Source of the DNA: Nanobdellota archaeon
GTDB taxonomy: Archaea > Nanobdellota > Nanobdellia > Pacearchaeales > GW2011-AR1
Length of the DNA stretch: 37,295 bases
Assembly (NCBI GenBank): GCA_034716495.1
Contig: JAYEHV010000029.1
Span: 1-37,295 of the forward strand
Reading direction: 5' to 3'
The position numbers and the translations under genes are program-made. Positions within the stretch are counted from its first letter, which is position 1, and each line of letters starts with the position of its first letter. The notes beneath the pieces are model-generated. The model searched no databases. It was given only the letters and a program-made list of their open reading frames with translations, and was not told the origin of the DNA. Shown in pieces: positions 1 through 7,555 of this stretch.

Positions 1-83
1 TTTCTTTTACTCGAAAAACCCTAATAGTTCTAAATTCATATTATATCCCTTATTCATATCTTCTCAACTTCTATTGCTTTTTT

Positions 84-90
84 AAAAAAA
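84..90 (-). terminator. Oligo-T tract (T7 on minus strand) after the last gene of the left array
   Basis: This is the first T-run a minus-strand transcript meets after the stop at 174. The plus strand reads TTTTTTAAAAAAA at 78-90. Archaeal termination commonly uses oligo-T. Position-based guess only. Confidence 0.25.
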
Positions 91-173
91 TCTGCGAATT
101 TTATACAAAGATTATGATGACTTTCTTATAGAATTGCTTTTCTTGTCGTTTTGGTACCATTTGTATACCTCTT

Positions 174-614
174 TTATATATAATCAAATATAGTGGGATG
201 TTGCGAAGATTTGGCAGTATTAGCCGCAAAAGACTCTAAATCCTTTAAAAATACGCGCTCTTCAGGGTCCCAAGCGGTTAATAAACTCCAATGCTCTTTA
301 AACTTTAATTTATTTATTTCTAACAATTTCTCAACGAAATCCTCTTTAGTTTCAAACCCATCTTTCTTAGCTTCGGCCAAGGAAACATCACATAGTCGTT
401 TAGGATAATGTTTATTTACAGGAACTAAAAATAAAAGTTCTTTTTCCTCAGTAACCTCTGTAGAAGTTATCGCAATGGTTTCCCGAAGCTGGTAATTCGC
501 AATAAAGCCCGTCCTACAAGTCTGGGTTTTGGTACCATCAAGCAATTTATCTCGAAGATGTGTAAAGTTCAAGCTCTTAAAGTTTTTCCAACTACCATTA
601 ATTTCTATTCTCAT
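174..614 (-). CDS. ASCH-domain-like (PUA-fold) protein
   Basis: 146 aa, with an ATGA start/stop overlap with the upstream gene (611-614). LLDGTKTQTCRT resembles the GxKTxExR motif of ASCH domains (YqfB type). AEAKKDGFETKEDFVEKL resembles the conserved EGF...e.. segment. Confidence 0.5.
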   Translation of the reverse strand: MRIEINGSWKNFKSLNFTHLRDKLLDGTKTQTCRTGFIANYQLRETIAITSTEVTEEKELLFLVPVNKHYPKRLCDVSLAEAKKDGFETKEDFVEKLLEINKLKFKEHWSLLTAWDPEERVFLKDLESFAANTAKSSQHPTIFDYI

Positions 615-1660
615 AGGACCACTCCGAATTTTTGTTTTAAATATTCTATATGATTCATAAAATTTTGATTAAAGTTGATGCCATCTTTATTCAAATACCC
701 TGAAAGAATGATAACCGGAGAACTATCCATCCATTTTTCTTCTTTAAAATGTTGAGGATACTTACACGCGCTCCAATAATATTTACGTAACTCCCCCCAA
801 GATACAGAATCATACGTAAATGTGTCTCGAAGCGTAATTATAATTCTGGTAGGTAATTTATTATGTCTAAATACTAATTCGGAAACGCCATCTAGGATAG
901 GTCGGCCAATTAGTATAAGTTTTTTGCGGTGATGATCCCATTTGAATCCAAAATAGCGTTGTGCGAAAGGACTTAGCTCTCTGAACATAAACTCTCCCGT
1001 CTCCTCTATTTTCGCATGTAGATTTTCGTCCCGATTTATAATCGTACACTTGCGAACAAACAAGCCTCGCGTTGGCTTTTGATAAAGTTTATCTGCTTTT
1101 AAGCTCGCACCTAAGGGAAAATCGCATCGCGCACAAGAACCACACCAAGAGTTTCCTTGATGTTTATCATACATACTTTTGAAGTATGATTTTGAACAAC
1201 ATTCTAAGCATACCCAATTTCCAAAATAGTGAATTGTCGCATGCTTACTATCATCTTGACCAATTATACGAGGACACCAAAATAGCTCTGTTCCTTTTTC
1301 TTTGCTTTGCTTACAGAAAGAGCAAGTTTCCATATTAATCACTTTATTTTTTTGCTTATATTCTCTTAGTTGCTCTTTTTCGGTCTTTATTTGTTCAGGG
1401 TTTTGTATTTTGACTCCGCCAATCGTAAGAACGGAAGGAAAGCTATAACCCTCAATATTCGTAAGCGCTCCTTTCGTATCTGTAATGTAATTATCCGAAA
1501 ACCCTTCTGTTAAGTGAGAGGTCTTAACACAGATTTTATATTCTTTTTTAACTTTTATGGCTTGTATCTTAATCTCTAAATTATCTAAGGGATATGTTAA
1601 GATAATCGTTCTATTATGCTTAATTCCGTCTCTTATCTGGTCTAATACTTCTTTTTTCAT
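611..1660 (-). CDS. Cys-rich zinc-binding protein, function unknown
   Basis: 349 aa. Central cluster CSFCKQ..WCP..CLECC..CGSCARC has several CxxC pairs. ATGA overlaps at both ends indicate operon membership. Confidence 0.6.
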   Translation of the reverse strand: MKKEVLDQIRDGIKHNRTIILTYPLDNLEIKIQAIKVKKEYKICVKTSHLTEGFSDNYITDTKGALTNIEGYSFPSVLTIGGVKIQNPEQIKTEKEQLREYKQKNKVINMETCSFCKQSKEKGTELFWCPRIIGQDDSKHATIHYFGNWVCLECCSKSYFKSMYDKHQGNSWCGSCARCDFPLGASLKADKLYQKPTRGLFVRKCTIINRDENLHAKIEETGEFMFRELSPFAQRYFGFKWDHHRKKLILIGRPILDGVSELVFRHNKLPTRIIITLRDTFTYDSVSWGELRKYYWSACKYPQHFKEEKWMDSSPVIILSGYLNKDGINFNQNFMNHIEYLKQKFGVVL

Positions 1661-1956
1661 AATCTCTCTAAAACCTCAGCACTTCTAATAAAATTCTCAA
1701 TTACTTCAGGGATAAAATAAAATCCCTCTGAATCACTCTTATAGTATCTATTTCTTTTTCTTTTACCTAACCAGATTTTAGTGAACCATTCAAAAATGTG
1801 ACCCTTCTTATCTTTAACAACAATAGTCGTAGGGTATATTCCATGACCGCAACAACATGCAAGAGTTCGATAATTAGGATTTGAGTTGATCTTATTGACA
1901 ATATCAACTAAGCAATCATCAACTTTTCGATTACAGTAGGACTTTTTATCACACAT
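1657..1956 (-). CDS. Small Cys-rich protein (ACCCGHG motif), function unknown
   Basis: 99 aa, coupled to both neighbours (ATGA overlap at 1657-1660, 8-nt overlap at 1949-1956). Cys/His cluster C..C..CCCGHG. Confidence 0.55.
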   Translation of the reverse strand: MCDKKSYCNRKVDDCLVDIVNKINSNPNYRTLACCCGHGIYPTTIVVKDKKGHIFEWFTKIWLGKRKRNRYYKSDSEGFYFIPEVIENFIRSAEVLERL

Positions 1957-2308
1957 TTTCCGTTATTTCTCCACTACTTTCTTTAACAGCTAATTTTTCC
2001 ATACACGATTGGCAATATTTATTCCCATCAATCTCAACTAATTCAGATTTAGGAACATACCAGTCTATATCATGAACCCCATCGCACATTTCATTATTTT
2101 CATAAAACCATTTATGCCATCTCGCATAATTTCCTTTAAATCTGGTTTTAATATCATGTAGGATTTGCTCTACAAAATCATCATCCCAATAATCCGAAAC
2201 ATCTTCATATAAACAATCCTCACATATAGGCCAATTGTTTAAATCTCGAAAGATATCCTTTTTTGATTTAAACATGACTTTACAATAAAAACACTTTAAT
2301 TTAGACAT
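1949..2308 (-). CDS. Zinc-ribbon protein, function unknown
   Basis: 119 aa. CFYC...CEDC and CQSC pairs. C-terminal SGEITENV is encoded by the repeated junction element. Confidence 0.6.
   Translation of the reverse strand: MSKLKCFYCKVMFKSKKDIFRDLNNWPICEDCLYEDVSDYWDDDFVEQILHDIKTRFKGNYARWHKWFYENNEMCDGVHDIDWYVPKSELVEIDGNKYCQSCMEKLAVKESSGEITENV
1953..1976 (-). repeat. 24-nt gene-junction repeat, copy A
   Basis: Plus strand acattttccgttatttctccacta. Identical at 23/24 positions to 2305-2328. The minus strand reads AGTGGAGAAATAACGGAAAATGT, which carries GGAG, the next gene's ATG and the last codons of the upstream gene. Confidence 0.8.
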
Positions 2309-2816
2309 TTTCTGTTATTTCTCCACTATTTTTAATATTTTCAATTGGAACTTTTATTTGGAACTTTTCGATCTCCAGGAATAATTTTTTTACAGGCATT
2401 GCATTAAATTTAGAAACTAATTGTAAATAGCCTCCAATACCTCTTTTATCAAAAACTATAATGAATTTATCAGTATAGAATGGCTCTAAGACTTTTCTAT
2501 AATTTGAACCCATTATTACAATAATTTTATCATAATCTTTAATGACTTGATTTATCTTAACAGAAATCTTTAGGGAAATATCTAAGATTTGTCTTTTTGA
2601 TGTAATCTTCTGATTATAGGGTTCAATGATTGTTGCTGGATCCAATAGGCCATATTTACCTGATAAAATTTTCACATCAAAATTATTTTTAGCAGCTAAT
2701 TTTTTTATGGACCTAAAAAGTTGACCTTGATTTAATTCAATTGCAGGTGCCTTATGGTTCAATTTCTTCTGACTACAACTGGCAATAATGCAAATTCTTT
2801 TATTTATTCCAACCAT
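2301..2816 (-). CDS. DUF6884-like protein (function unknown)
   Basis: 171 aa. IIASCSQKK ... ELNQGQLF ... ILSGKYGLLDPATIIEPYNQKI matches my recollection of the DUF6884 pattern (CSxxK ... ILSAKYGLL ... PY). Recalled from memory, not searched. Confidence 0.4.
   Translation of the reverse strand: MVGINKRICIIASCSQKKLNHKAPAIELNQGQLFRSIKKLAAKNNFDVKILSGKYGLLDPATIIEPYNQKITSKRQILDISLKISVKINQVIKDYDKIIVIMGSNYRKVLEPFYTDKFIIVFDKRGIGGYLQLVSKFNAMPVKKLFLEIEKFQIKVPIENIKNSGEITENV
2305..2328 (-). repeat. 24-nt gene-junction repeat, copy B
   Basis: Plus strand acattttctgttatttctccacta. Lies 352 nt from copy A and has the same role at the 2301/2308 junction. Confidence 0.8.
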
Positions 2817-3037
2817 GCGATAATTTCCCTCCAGTCCTTTATTACTTTTATATTCTTAATAAAACAAGAACTATAATCTCGGAGTATTGAAGTTATTAAA
2901 TCATTATAAAATTCGGTCATTCCTTTAGACTCATTATAACAACAATCAAATGAATAATGCTCTAAAACTCCTTTCTTATTCTTTCTCAAGAACAATAGAT
3001 TAAAGGTTATCTTTTTACTCATTTCTCTATAAACCAC
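2804..3037 (-). CDS. Hypothetical protein
   Basis: 77 aa. Overlaps both neighbours by 13 and 19 nt, in the same orientation as the array. Confidence 0.5.
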   Translation of the reverse strand: MVYREMSKKITFNLLFLRKNKKGVLEHYSFDCCYNESKGMTEFYNDLITSILRDYSSCFIKNIKVIKDWREIIAWLE

Positions 3038-3345
3038 CCATCTTTGACTTTAGAGATTATCCTTTCTTTAGTATCGGAGGCTAAATTTGATATATTTATC
3101 TCGTTCTTGAATTTCTCTATTTTTTCATCCAAACTAAACTTCATATTGATATGTTCTCTGATACAGTTTGAGCAAAATCGTTCTAAACATTTAGGGCATT
3201 GTTCAAGACAATTATCGCATCCATCCTTATAACACTTTTGACATAAGGACATACCTTGACACTCTCTGCAAATCTTATTATTGCAAAACTCACAATCTTT
3301 CGCTTTCTTACCTAATTCATTATTACAATTGGCGCAATTACTCAT
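3019..3345 (-). CDS. Multi-zinc-finger (Cys-rich) protein; start refined to ATG at 3345
   Basis: The track ORF runs to 3462 but would overlap the upstream gene by 125 nt. An internal ATG (3345-3343, MSNCANC...) overlaps the upstream stop by only 8 nt (ATGAGTAA). CANC..CEFC..CREC..CQKC..CDNC..CPKC..CSNC gives seven CxxC pairs in about 70 aa. Confidence 0.6.
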   Translation of the reverse strand: MSNCANCNNELGKKAKDCEFCNNKICRECQGMSLCQKCYKDGCDNCLEQCPKCLERFCSNCIREHINMKFSLDEKIEKFKNEINISNLASDTKERIISKVKDGWFIEK

Positions 3346-3829
3346 TAGATATACCCTCAGCTCTTTCATAGAAATAAGCATATTTTCCTTCAGGATCTTT
3401 TCTTTCCATTTTGATAGTTTTTTCTTCTGCCAAAAAACAGTCTCGACAATACAGCTTTTCACTTAAAGAATTAGTTTCTTTAATTACATTACAATTAGGG
3501 CATTGATATTGAAACTTCTCAATTCCATTATTACTATAAATCTCCTCTACAACCTCAATTAAAGTATGTTGTTCTTTAACCTTCTCAGAAATCTTTATAA
3601 TTCTACACTTTTCATATAAGAGAATCATATTACAAGTTTTGCAGATGTAACCCGGACATACTAGTTTATTATTGATTTTAGCAAATATCTTTCTTAGAAT
3701 TATTTTACATTCAGGACATCTCCCTTTATGAGTTCTCTTCCAACTACCTTTCTTATCCTCTTTTCTCTCAGAAAAGTATTCACGCTTCTCTCCACTCTTA
3801 GTTATATAAACCTGCTTTTTTGTAGCCAT
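3338..3829 (-). CDS. Zinc-ribbon protein, function unknown
   Basis: 163 aa. CPEC...CKTC and CPNC...CRDC pairs, with a basic N-terminus. Confidence 0.6.
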   Translation of the reverse strand: MATKKQVYITKSGEKREYFSERKEDKKGSWKRTHKGRCPECKIILRKIFAKINNKLVCPGYICKTCNMILLYEKCRIIKISEKVKEQHTLIEVVEEIYSNNGIEKFQYQCPNCNVIKETNSLSEKLYCRDCFLAEEKTIKMERKDPEGKYAYFYERAEGISNE

Positions 3830-3831
3830 TT

Positions 3832-4365
3832 TTACAATTCACTCCTAACCTCACTATTTACAAAATTAATTAAGGTATTTTGTTGGTTTACCTTTTCATA
3901 ATGATATCCACATAATTTTAGACCGTTCTTAGTCCCTTTCACGGGTGTTTTATTACATCTTGTTCTTTTTGTTTCTCTAAATTGACAGCGTTCAATTAAG
4001 GGCCTAAAATTTCTTTTCGAGATTTTAATCTTGTTTCTAAGAATCTTGAGGATTTTACCTAATTGTTTCTTGCATTGCTTCTGATTCCCTAAGTCTAAAA
4101 ATGTTTTTGCAGAATCAGTAAGAGCCTCTAATAATGTTAAACTATTCCAGCCTAATGCAGGTGTTCGCTTCGGTTTCCAAGTAATTGTTTGATAATTTTC
4201 AATCCATAATACAAGTTCCTTAGCTTTTATAATCTCCCGATTTTGCTCAATAGGGAATACTAAATCACATTTCCCGCATTTATAATAATAATTCTGAGAT
4301 AAATCGTTTGTAATGAAAATTGAGCTACAGAAAGGACATTTGATTACTTGATAAGATTTTTTTAT
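3832..4365 (-). CDS. Zinc-ribbon protein with apparent non-canonical ATA start (absent from ORF track)
   Basis: The frame is open from 4386 to 3832, checked triplet by triplet. No in-frame ATG/GTG/TTG occurs until 38 codons before the stop. ATA at 4365-4363 lies 7 nt after AGGTGA (4378-4373). Encodes (I)KKSYQVIKCPFCSS...YKCGKC... plus a C-terminal RCQF..RCNK..LCGYH cluster. The stop sits 2 nt before the next ATG (3829). Confidence 0.55.
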   Translation of the reverse strand: MKKSYQVIKCPFCSSIFITNDLSQNYYYKCGKCDLVFPIEQNREIIKAKELVLWIENYQTITWKPKRTPALGWNSLTLLEALTDSAKTFLDLGNQKQCKKQLGKILKILRNKIKISKRNFRPLIERCQFRETKRTRCNKTPVKGTKNGLKLCGYHYEKVNQQNTLINFVNSEVRSEL

Positions 4366-4379
4366 TTTTTTTTCACCTG

Positions 4380-4730
4380 TTAAAAATTATCATCCCAATT
4401 TGGATCTTCGTATTCCCATCCATCATTCCAAGGAACAGGTTTTAATTCTACATAATGTTTGCACTTGCTTTTGCGTCCAAACATATAATCGTACATACTG
4501 GGGTATTTTAGACAAGAACCACCTAAAGGGTCTCCATCTACATAATTATTACATTTAAGACATAGAGCGATTCTTGCACACATTTCTGAAAAATAATCTT
4601 GCTGAGCCCATTCTTCTTCTTCTTGACATTTAGAACAGTACCAATCACCATACCAATGCATTGTATGGTTATGTTTCTTACAGATTTCTGGAATACTATT
4701 CATATCATCAATTATGTTCTCTCTACTCAA
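4380..4730 (-). CDS. Cys-rich protein, function unknown
   Basis: 116 aa. CKKHNH..CSKC..CLKC..C..KCKH clusters. Confidence 0.6.
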   Translation of the reverse strand: MSRENIIDDMNSIPEICKKHNHTMHWYGDWYCSKCQEEEEWAQQDYFSEMCARIALCLKCNNYVDGDPLGGSCLKYPSMYDYMFGRKSKCKHYVELKPVPWNDGWEYEDPNWDDNF

Positions 4731-4765
4731 ATTTTAACTCCTTTTTATTTTCACGATCTGTTATT

Positions 4766-5515
4766 TTACCATTCATCATCAAAATCATCATCAAAATCCG
4801 AGTCTTCCACCCACGGGGCCAACCATTGATGGTATTCAATACCCTTATCTACATATTCTATATGTAAAGGATGATCATTTTTCGTATATAGGGTAAAAGG
4901 TTTTACGAATAGATTTTCTGTGTTCTTTACAACTGATTTAAGAAAGGTCAGATTATATGCACACTGTCCTTGTTTCTCAACCATCCGTTCGGTCTTAGTA
5001 AATTCTCCTATTTGTCCTACGGAATAGTATTGTATTCCTATTGAATCATATTGGATAAAGAGGATGTCAGAATAAATCTTCGCCTTCTCAATGATCTTTT
5101 CTAATTTCCCTCTGTTAATCTCATATTTCTTATCATAATTAATTTTCCGCAAGTTAACGGTTGGAAGATGCTCAAGTTCCAAATCTAAAAGATATAATGT
5201 GTAGGATTCTCCATTTGAAGATAACTTTATGTAATCTTTCTTATCTCTGAGTTTTTTCTCAAGCATTACAGTGGTATCTTCGAGTTTATCTAAGATTTTA
5301 TTTAAATCATCTACATTCAGAGGAAATACTGTATTAATTGGTTCAGTAAGAATATCCTCCAACTTAATGTTTATAGTAGTAACCCTACTTGGATCCATTC
5401 CATCTATTATAATATCGCGCCCCTTGCATTGAATTTCAATCTCATCCATAAAATCCCCTAAAAAAATCATGACTTGTTTGAACAAGGGGTAATTCTTTAT
5501 TTCACTTTTTTCCAT
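4766..5515 (-). CDS. pcn: PCNA-like DNA sliding clamp, divergent paralogue 1
   Basis: 249 aa. IIIDGMDPSRVTTINIKL matches the PCNA ..amDssHvalv.l.L segment. Colinear with the 12988..13818 paralogue: SVGQIGEF/SSGQIGEM, AYNLTFLKSVVK/AYSLLFLKSILK, DHPLHIEY/DHPLKMIF, LAPW/LAPR. Acidic tail DSDFDDDFDDEW. Confidence 0.7.
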   Translation of the reverse strand: MEKSEIKNYPLFKQVMIFLGDFMDEIEIQCKGRDIIIDGMDPSRVTTINIKLEDILTEPINTVFPLNVDDLNKILDKLEDTTVMLEKKLRDKKDYIKLSSNGESYTLYLLDLELEHLPTVNLRKINYDKKYEINRGKLEKIIEKAKIYSDILFIQYDSIGIQYYSVGQIGEFTKTERMVEKQGQCAYNLTFLKSVVKNTENLFVKPFTLYTKNDHPLHIEYVDKGIEYHQWLAPWVEDSDFDDDFDDEW

Positions 5516-5542
5516 TTTATTTTTTCATCTCGTTTTTTTTCT

Positions 5543-7225
5543 TCAATTTTCTTCTTTTTTTAGAATTTCATAAATTATTTTGGCTTCATGGACGGCATCA
5601 TCTAAAGCACGATGGGCTATTTTATATTCTTGGTCTGGAAAGAAGTATTCCCAAGACTCTTGAACAGAGGGAAGCTTTATACCATAATAATCATGAGGGA
5701 TTTTCAAAATATCCCTCGACTTTATCATAGGGTCCCAAAACAGCTCGTAAAACCTAAAGCCCTTATTTTTTAAAAACTTGATATCAAATTCTTGATTATA
5801 TGACGTAGTTGGAAAGGAATGAAATAGTTGTTGTAATTCCTTTCTCAGCTCTTTTAATGTTGGAGAACGATAAGCGACATCAGAATAGGACAAGTCAGAG
5901 TTATCAAAGATCCATGAATTGGGGTTTATTTCCCTACCTTTTTCATGGCACACTTTATTATAAATTTCCTCAATATGACCATCCTTTAAATTAAGCTTGC
6001 ATATTCCAATTTCTATAATACTATCAGTAAATATATCTAAACCTGTTGTTTCTAAATCAATTACTAAAATTTCTTCAAGCGGATCTCTTGGAGTTTCAAA
6101 CCAGAATTTTCTTGCTTCCTCATCAAAAGGAAAAACCTTATTTAAAATCTCTAATTTATGAGGTTGGTCTTCATTTTCTTTCTTATTTAGATGGAAAACC
6201 ATTTTAGCTAAATGTTTATTATAAGTAATTCCATATAATCTATTAACTTCCTCTAATTCCGCATCTATTGCATCTTCACACTCTGCAATTAATTTATCGG
6301 TTAAATCATTAAATAAAGCCTTTCGAAAAATGCGGTCAAACCTATAGGTTATAATCTCATTTCTAACGGTTTCACTATTAAACCATCTTAGAAATGATAA
6401 TTCCTCACTTGCTTTTTTAAAATGCTCTCGTAATGATTCCTCTCCTTTATTGCTAATTAAAATCATCGGATCCTCAGTGTGATTTATCGAATAAAAGATG
6501 ATTCCGGAATCCTTATCAGCCCATATTGGTTCTTCAGGTAATTGAGAATATTTATCATTTAAAAGCTTCAAGAATCTTTCCTTATTCTTTCCTAACACCT
6601 TTGAGAAGTCATAAGCTATGGCCTCTGGATATGTAACAAGAGGTAATTCCAATGAATTAAAGATTGATAATATTTTCTTTCTAAATTCTTTATTTGCTCC
6701 CTTTCTACAGCTCTCTATAGAATTGTAATGAAATTTATTGAATATATTTAGAAATCTTATCTTTGACTTCGTTATAGCGCTTGTTATACTCCTTCGAGAG
6801 AAATGTTCAGATAAATTAGAAGAGTCTCTTAAAAAATCCTTTCTAAATTGTTCTACGATATAATTTAACACGAAAATCTTAGCTTTAATTTTATCTTGCT
6901 CTACTTCTCTGTATTGATGATGAACCTCCCAACCTTTAGGCCAAAAGTCAGTTATTTGATTCTTATTTTTTATAATTTCTAAACTTCTTTTAAGTAATTC
7001 ATATAATTCAGAGAGTAATCCTGGTAAGACACGATCCATAACACCCCAAGATCTACTTAAGATTTGGTCAATCTCATAGTATAATCCTATGAAATCTTGT
7101 CGTGATTGCTCTAATTCTTTGTAATAGCGTGTGCTATTTTGATATTTTATTAATTCTTTCGTCTCTTTTTTGCTGAAATCAAAAGTGAAGTGCTTAAATT
7201 GTTGAACCATTTTTATCTCCTCCAT
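5543..7225 (-). CDS. DEDDh (DnaQ-like) 3'-5' exonuclease fused to a ~370-aa N-terminal region of unknown function
   Basis: 560 aa. The C-terminal ~190 aa carry ExoI VIDLETTGLD, ExoII SYNQEFDIKFL and ExoIII HRALDDAVHEAKI. I recognised no motif in the N-terminal two thirds. Confidence 0.8.
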   Translation of the reverse strand: MEEIKMVQQFKHFTFDFSKKETKELIKYQNSTRYYKELEQSRQDFIGLYYEIDQILSRSWGVMDRVLPGLLSELYELLKRSLEIIKNKNQITDFWPKGWEVHHQYREVEQDKIKAKIFVLNYIVEQFRKDFLRDSSNLSEHFSRRSITSAITKSKIRFLNIFNKFHYNSIESCRKGANKEFRKKILSIFNSLELPLVTYPEAIAYDFSKVLGKNKERFLKLLNDKYSQLPEEPIWADKDSGIIFYSINHTEDPMILISNKGEESLREHFKKASEELSFLRWFNSETVRNEIITYRFDRIFRKALFNDLTDKLIAECEDAIDAELEEVNRLYGITYNKHLAKMVFHLNKKENEDQPHKLEILNKVFPFDEEARKFWFETPRDPLEEILVIDLETTGLDIFTDSIIEIGICKLNLKDGHIEEIYNKVCHEKGREINPNSWIFDNSDLSYSDVAYRSPTLKELRKELQQLFHSFPTTSYNQEFDIKFLKNKGFRFYELFWDPMIKSRDILKIPHDYYGIKLPSVQESWEYFFPDQEYKIAHRALDDAVHEAKIIYEILKKEEN

Positions 7226-7253
7226 ATAATTGTTTTTTCATGTAACTTTACTT

Positions 7254-7550
7254 TCACGAAAATGTCTTTTTTATCTTATCAAGTTTAATCTTATTGCGAT
7301 TTGACGCCCCTACTACTCCAATATCAGCAAAATGATAAAGAAACTCCAATTGCTCATCTTTCTCACGAGTTCTTTTATATTCCAAATATTTTTCAAATAT
7401 CCATTCTAAATCCTTGAAATCAATATATGAATAATTCTTTCTTTTTTCTCCCATATCATCATCAATCTGAGTTATAGAAACACAGCTACCATTTATTGAT
7501 TTTTCAAATTCAACCTTCATATTTTCTTTTTCAAATTTCAATTTAATCAC
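7254..7550 (-). CDS. Hypothetical protein
   Basis: 98 aa, in-array spacing (stop of the upstream gene at 7556). Confidence 0.55.
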   Translation of the reverse strand: MIKLKFEKENMKVEFEKSINGSCVSITQIDDDMGEKRKNYSYIDFKDLEWIFEKYLEYKRTREKDEQLEFLYHFADIGVVGASNRNKIKLDKIKKTFS

Positions 7551-7555
7551 CTATT

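Noticed and set aside
1-173. A partial gene at the left window edge
   Set aside because: No open frame longer than about 16 codons runs off the edge on either strand. The region looks like a 3' non-coding tail with an oligo-T tract.
867-1049. Nested minus-strand ORFs in alternative frames (867..1049 inside 611..1660; 11645..11827 across 11389..11775 and 11787..12035)
   Set aside because: They have GTG or weak starts, no SD, and lie entirely within or across better-supported genes. They are most likely chance open frames.
3346-3462. Long N-terminal extensions of track ORFs 3019..3462 and 9124..9534
   Set aside because: They would overlap the upstream genes by 125 and 107 nt. Internal ATGs (3345 and 9444) give the short 8-nt and 17-nt overlaps typical of this array. 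The extension peptides carry no part of the recognisable domains.
4363-4380. Homopolymer frameshift, indel or recoding as the explanation for the start-less ORFs
   Set aside because: No ATG/GTG/TTG exists in any frame between the upstream stop (4380-4382) and the A-runs, so slippage could not rescue a canonical start. The same ATA layout occurs at loci without long homopolymers (12395). TAA, TGA (e.g. 1949, 9428) and TAG (24214) all terminate genes at normal junctions, so stop-codon reassignment is not indicated.
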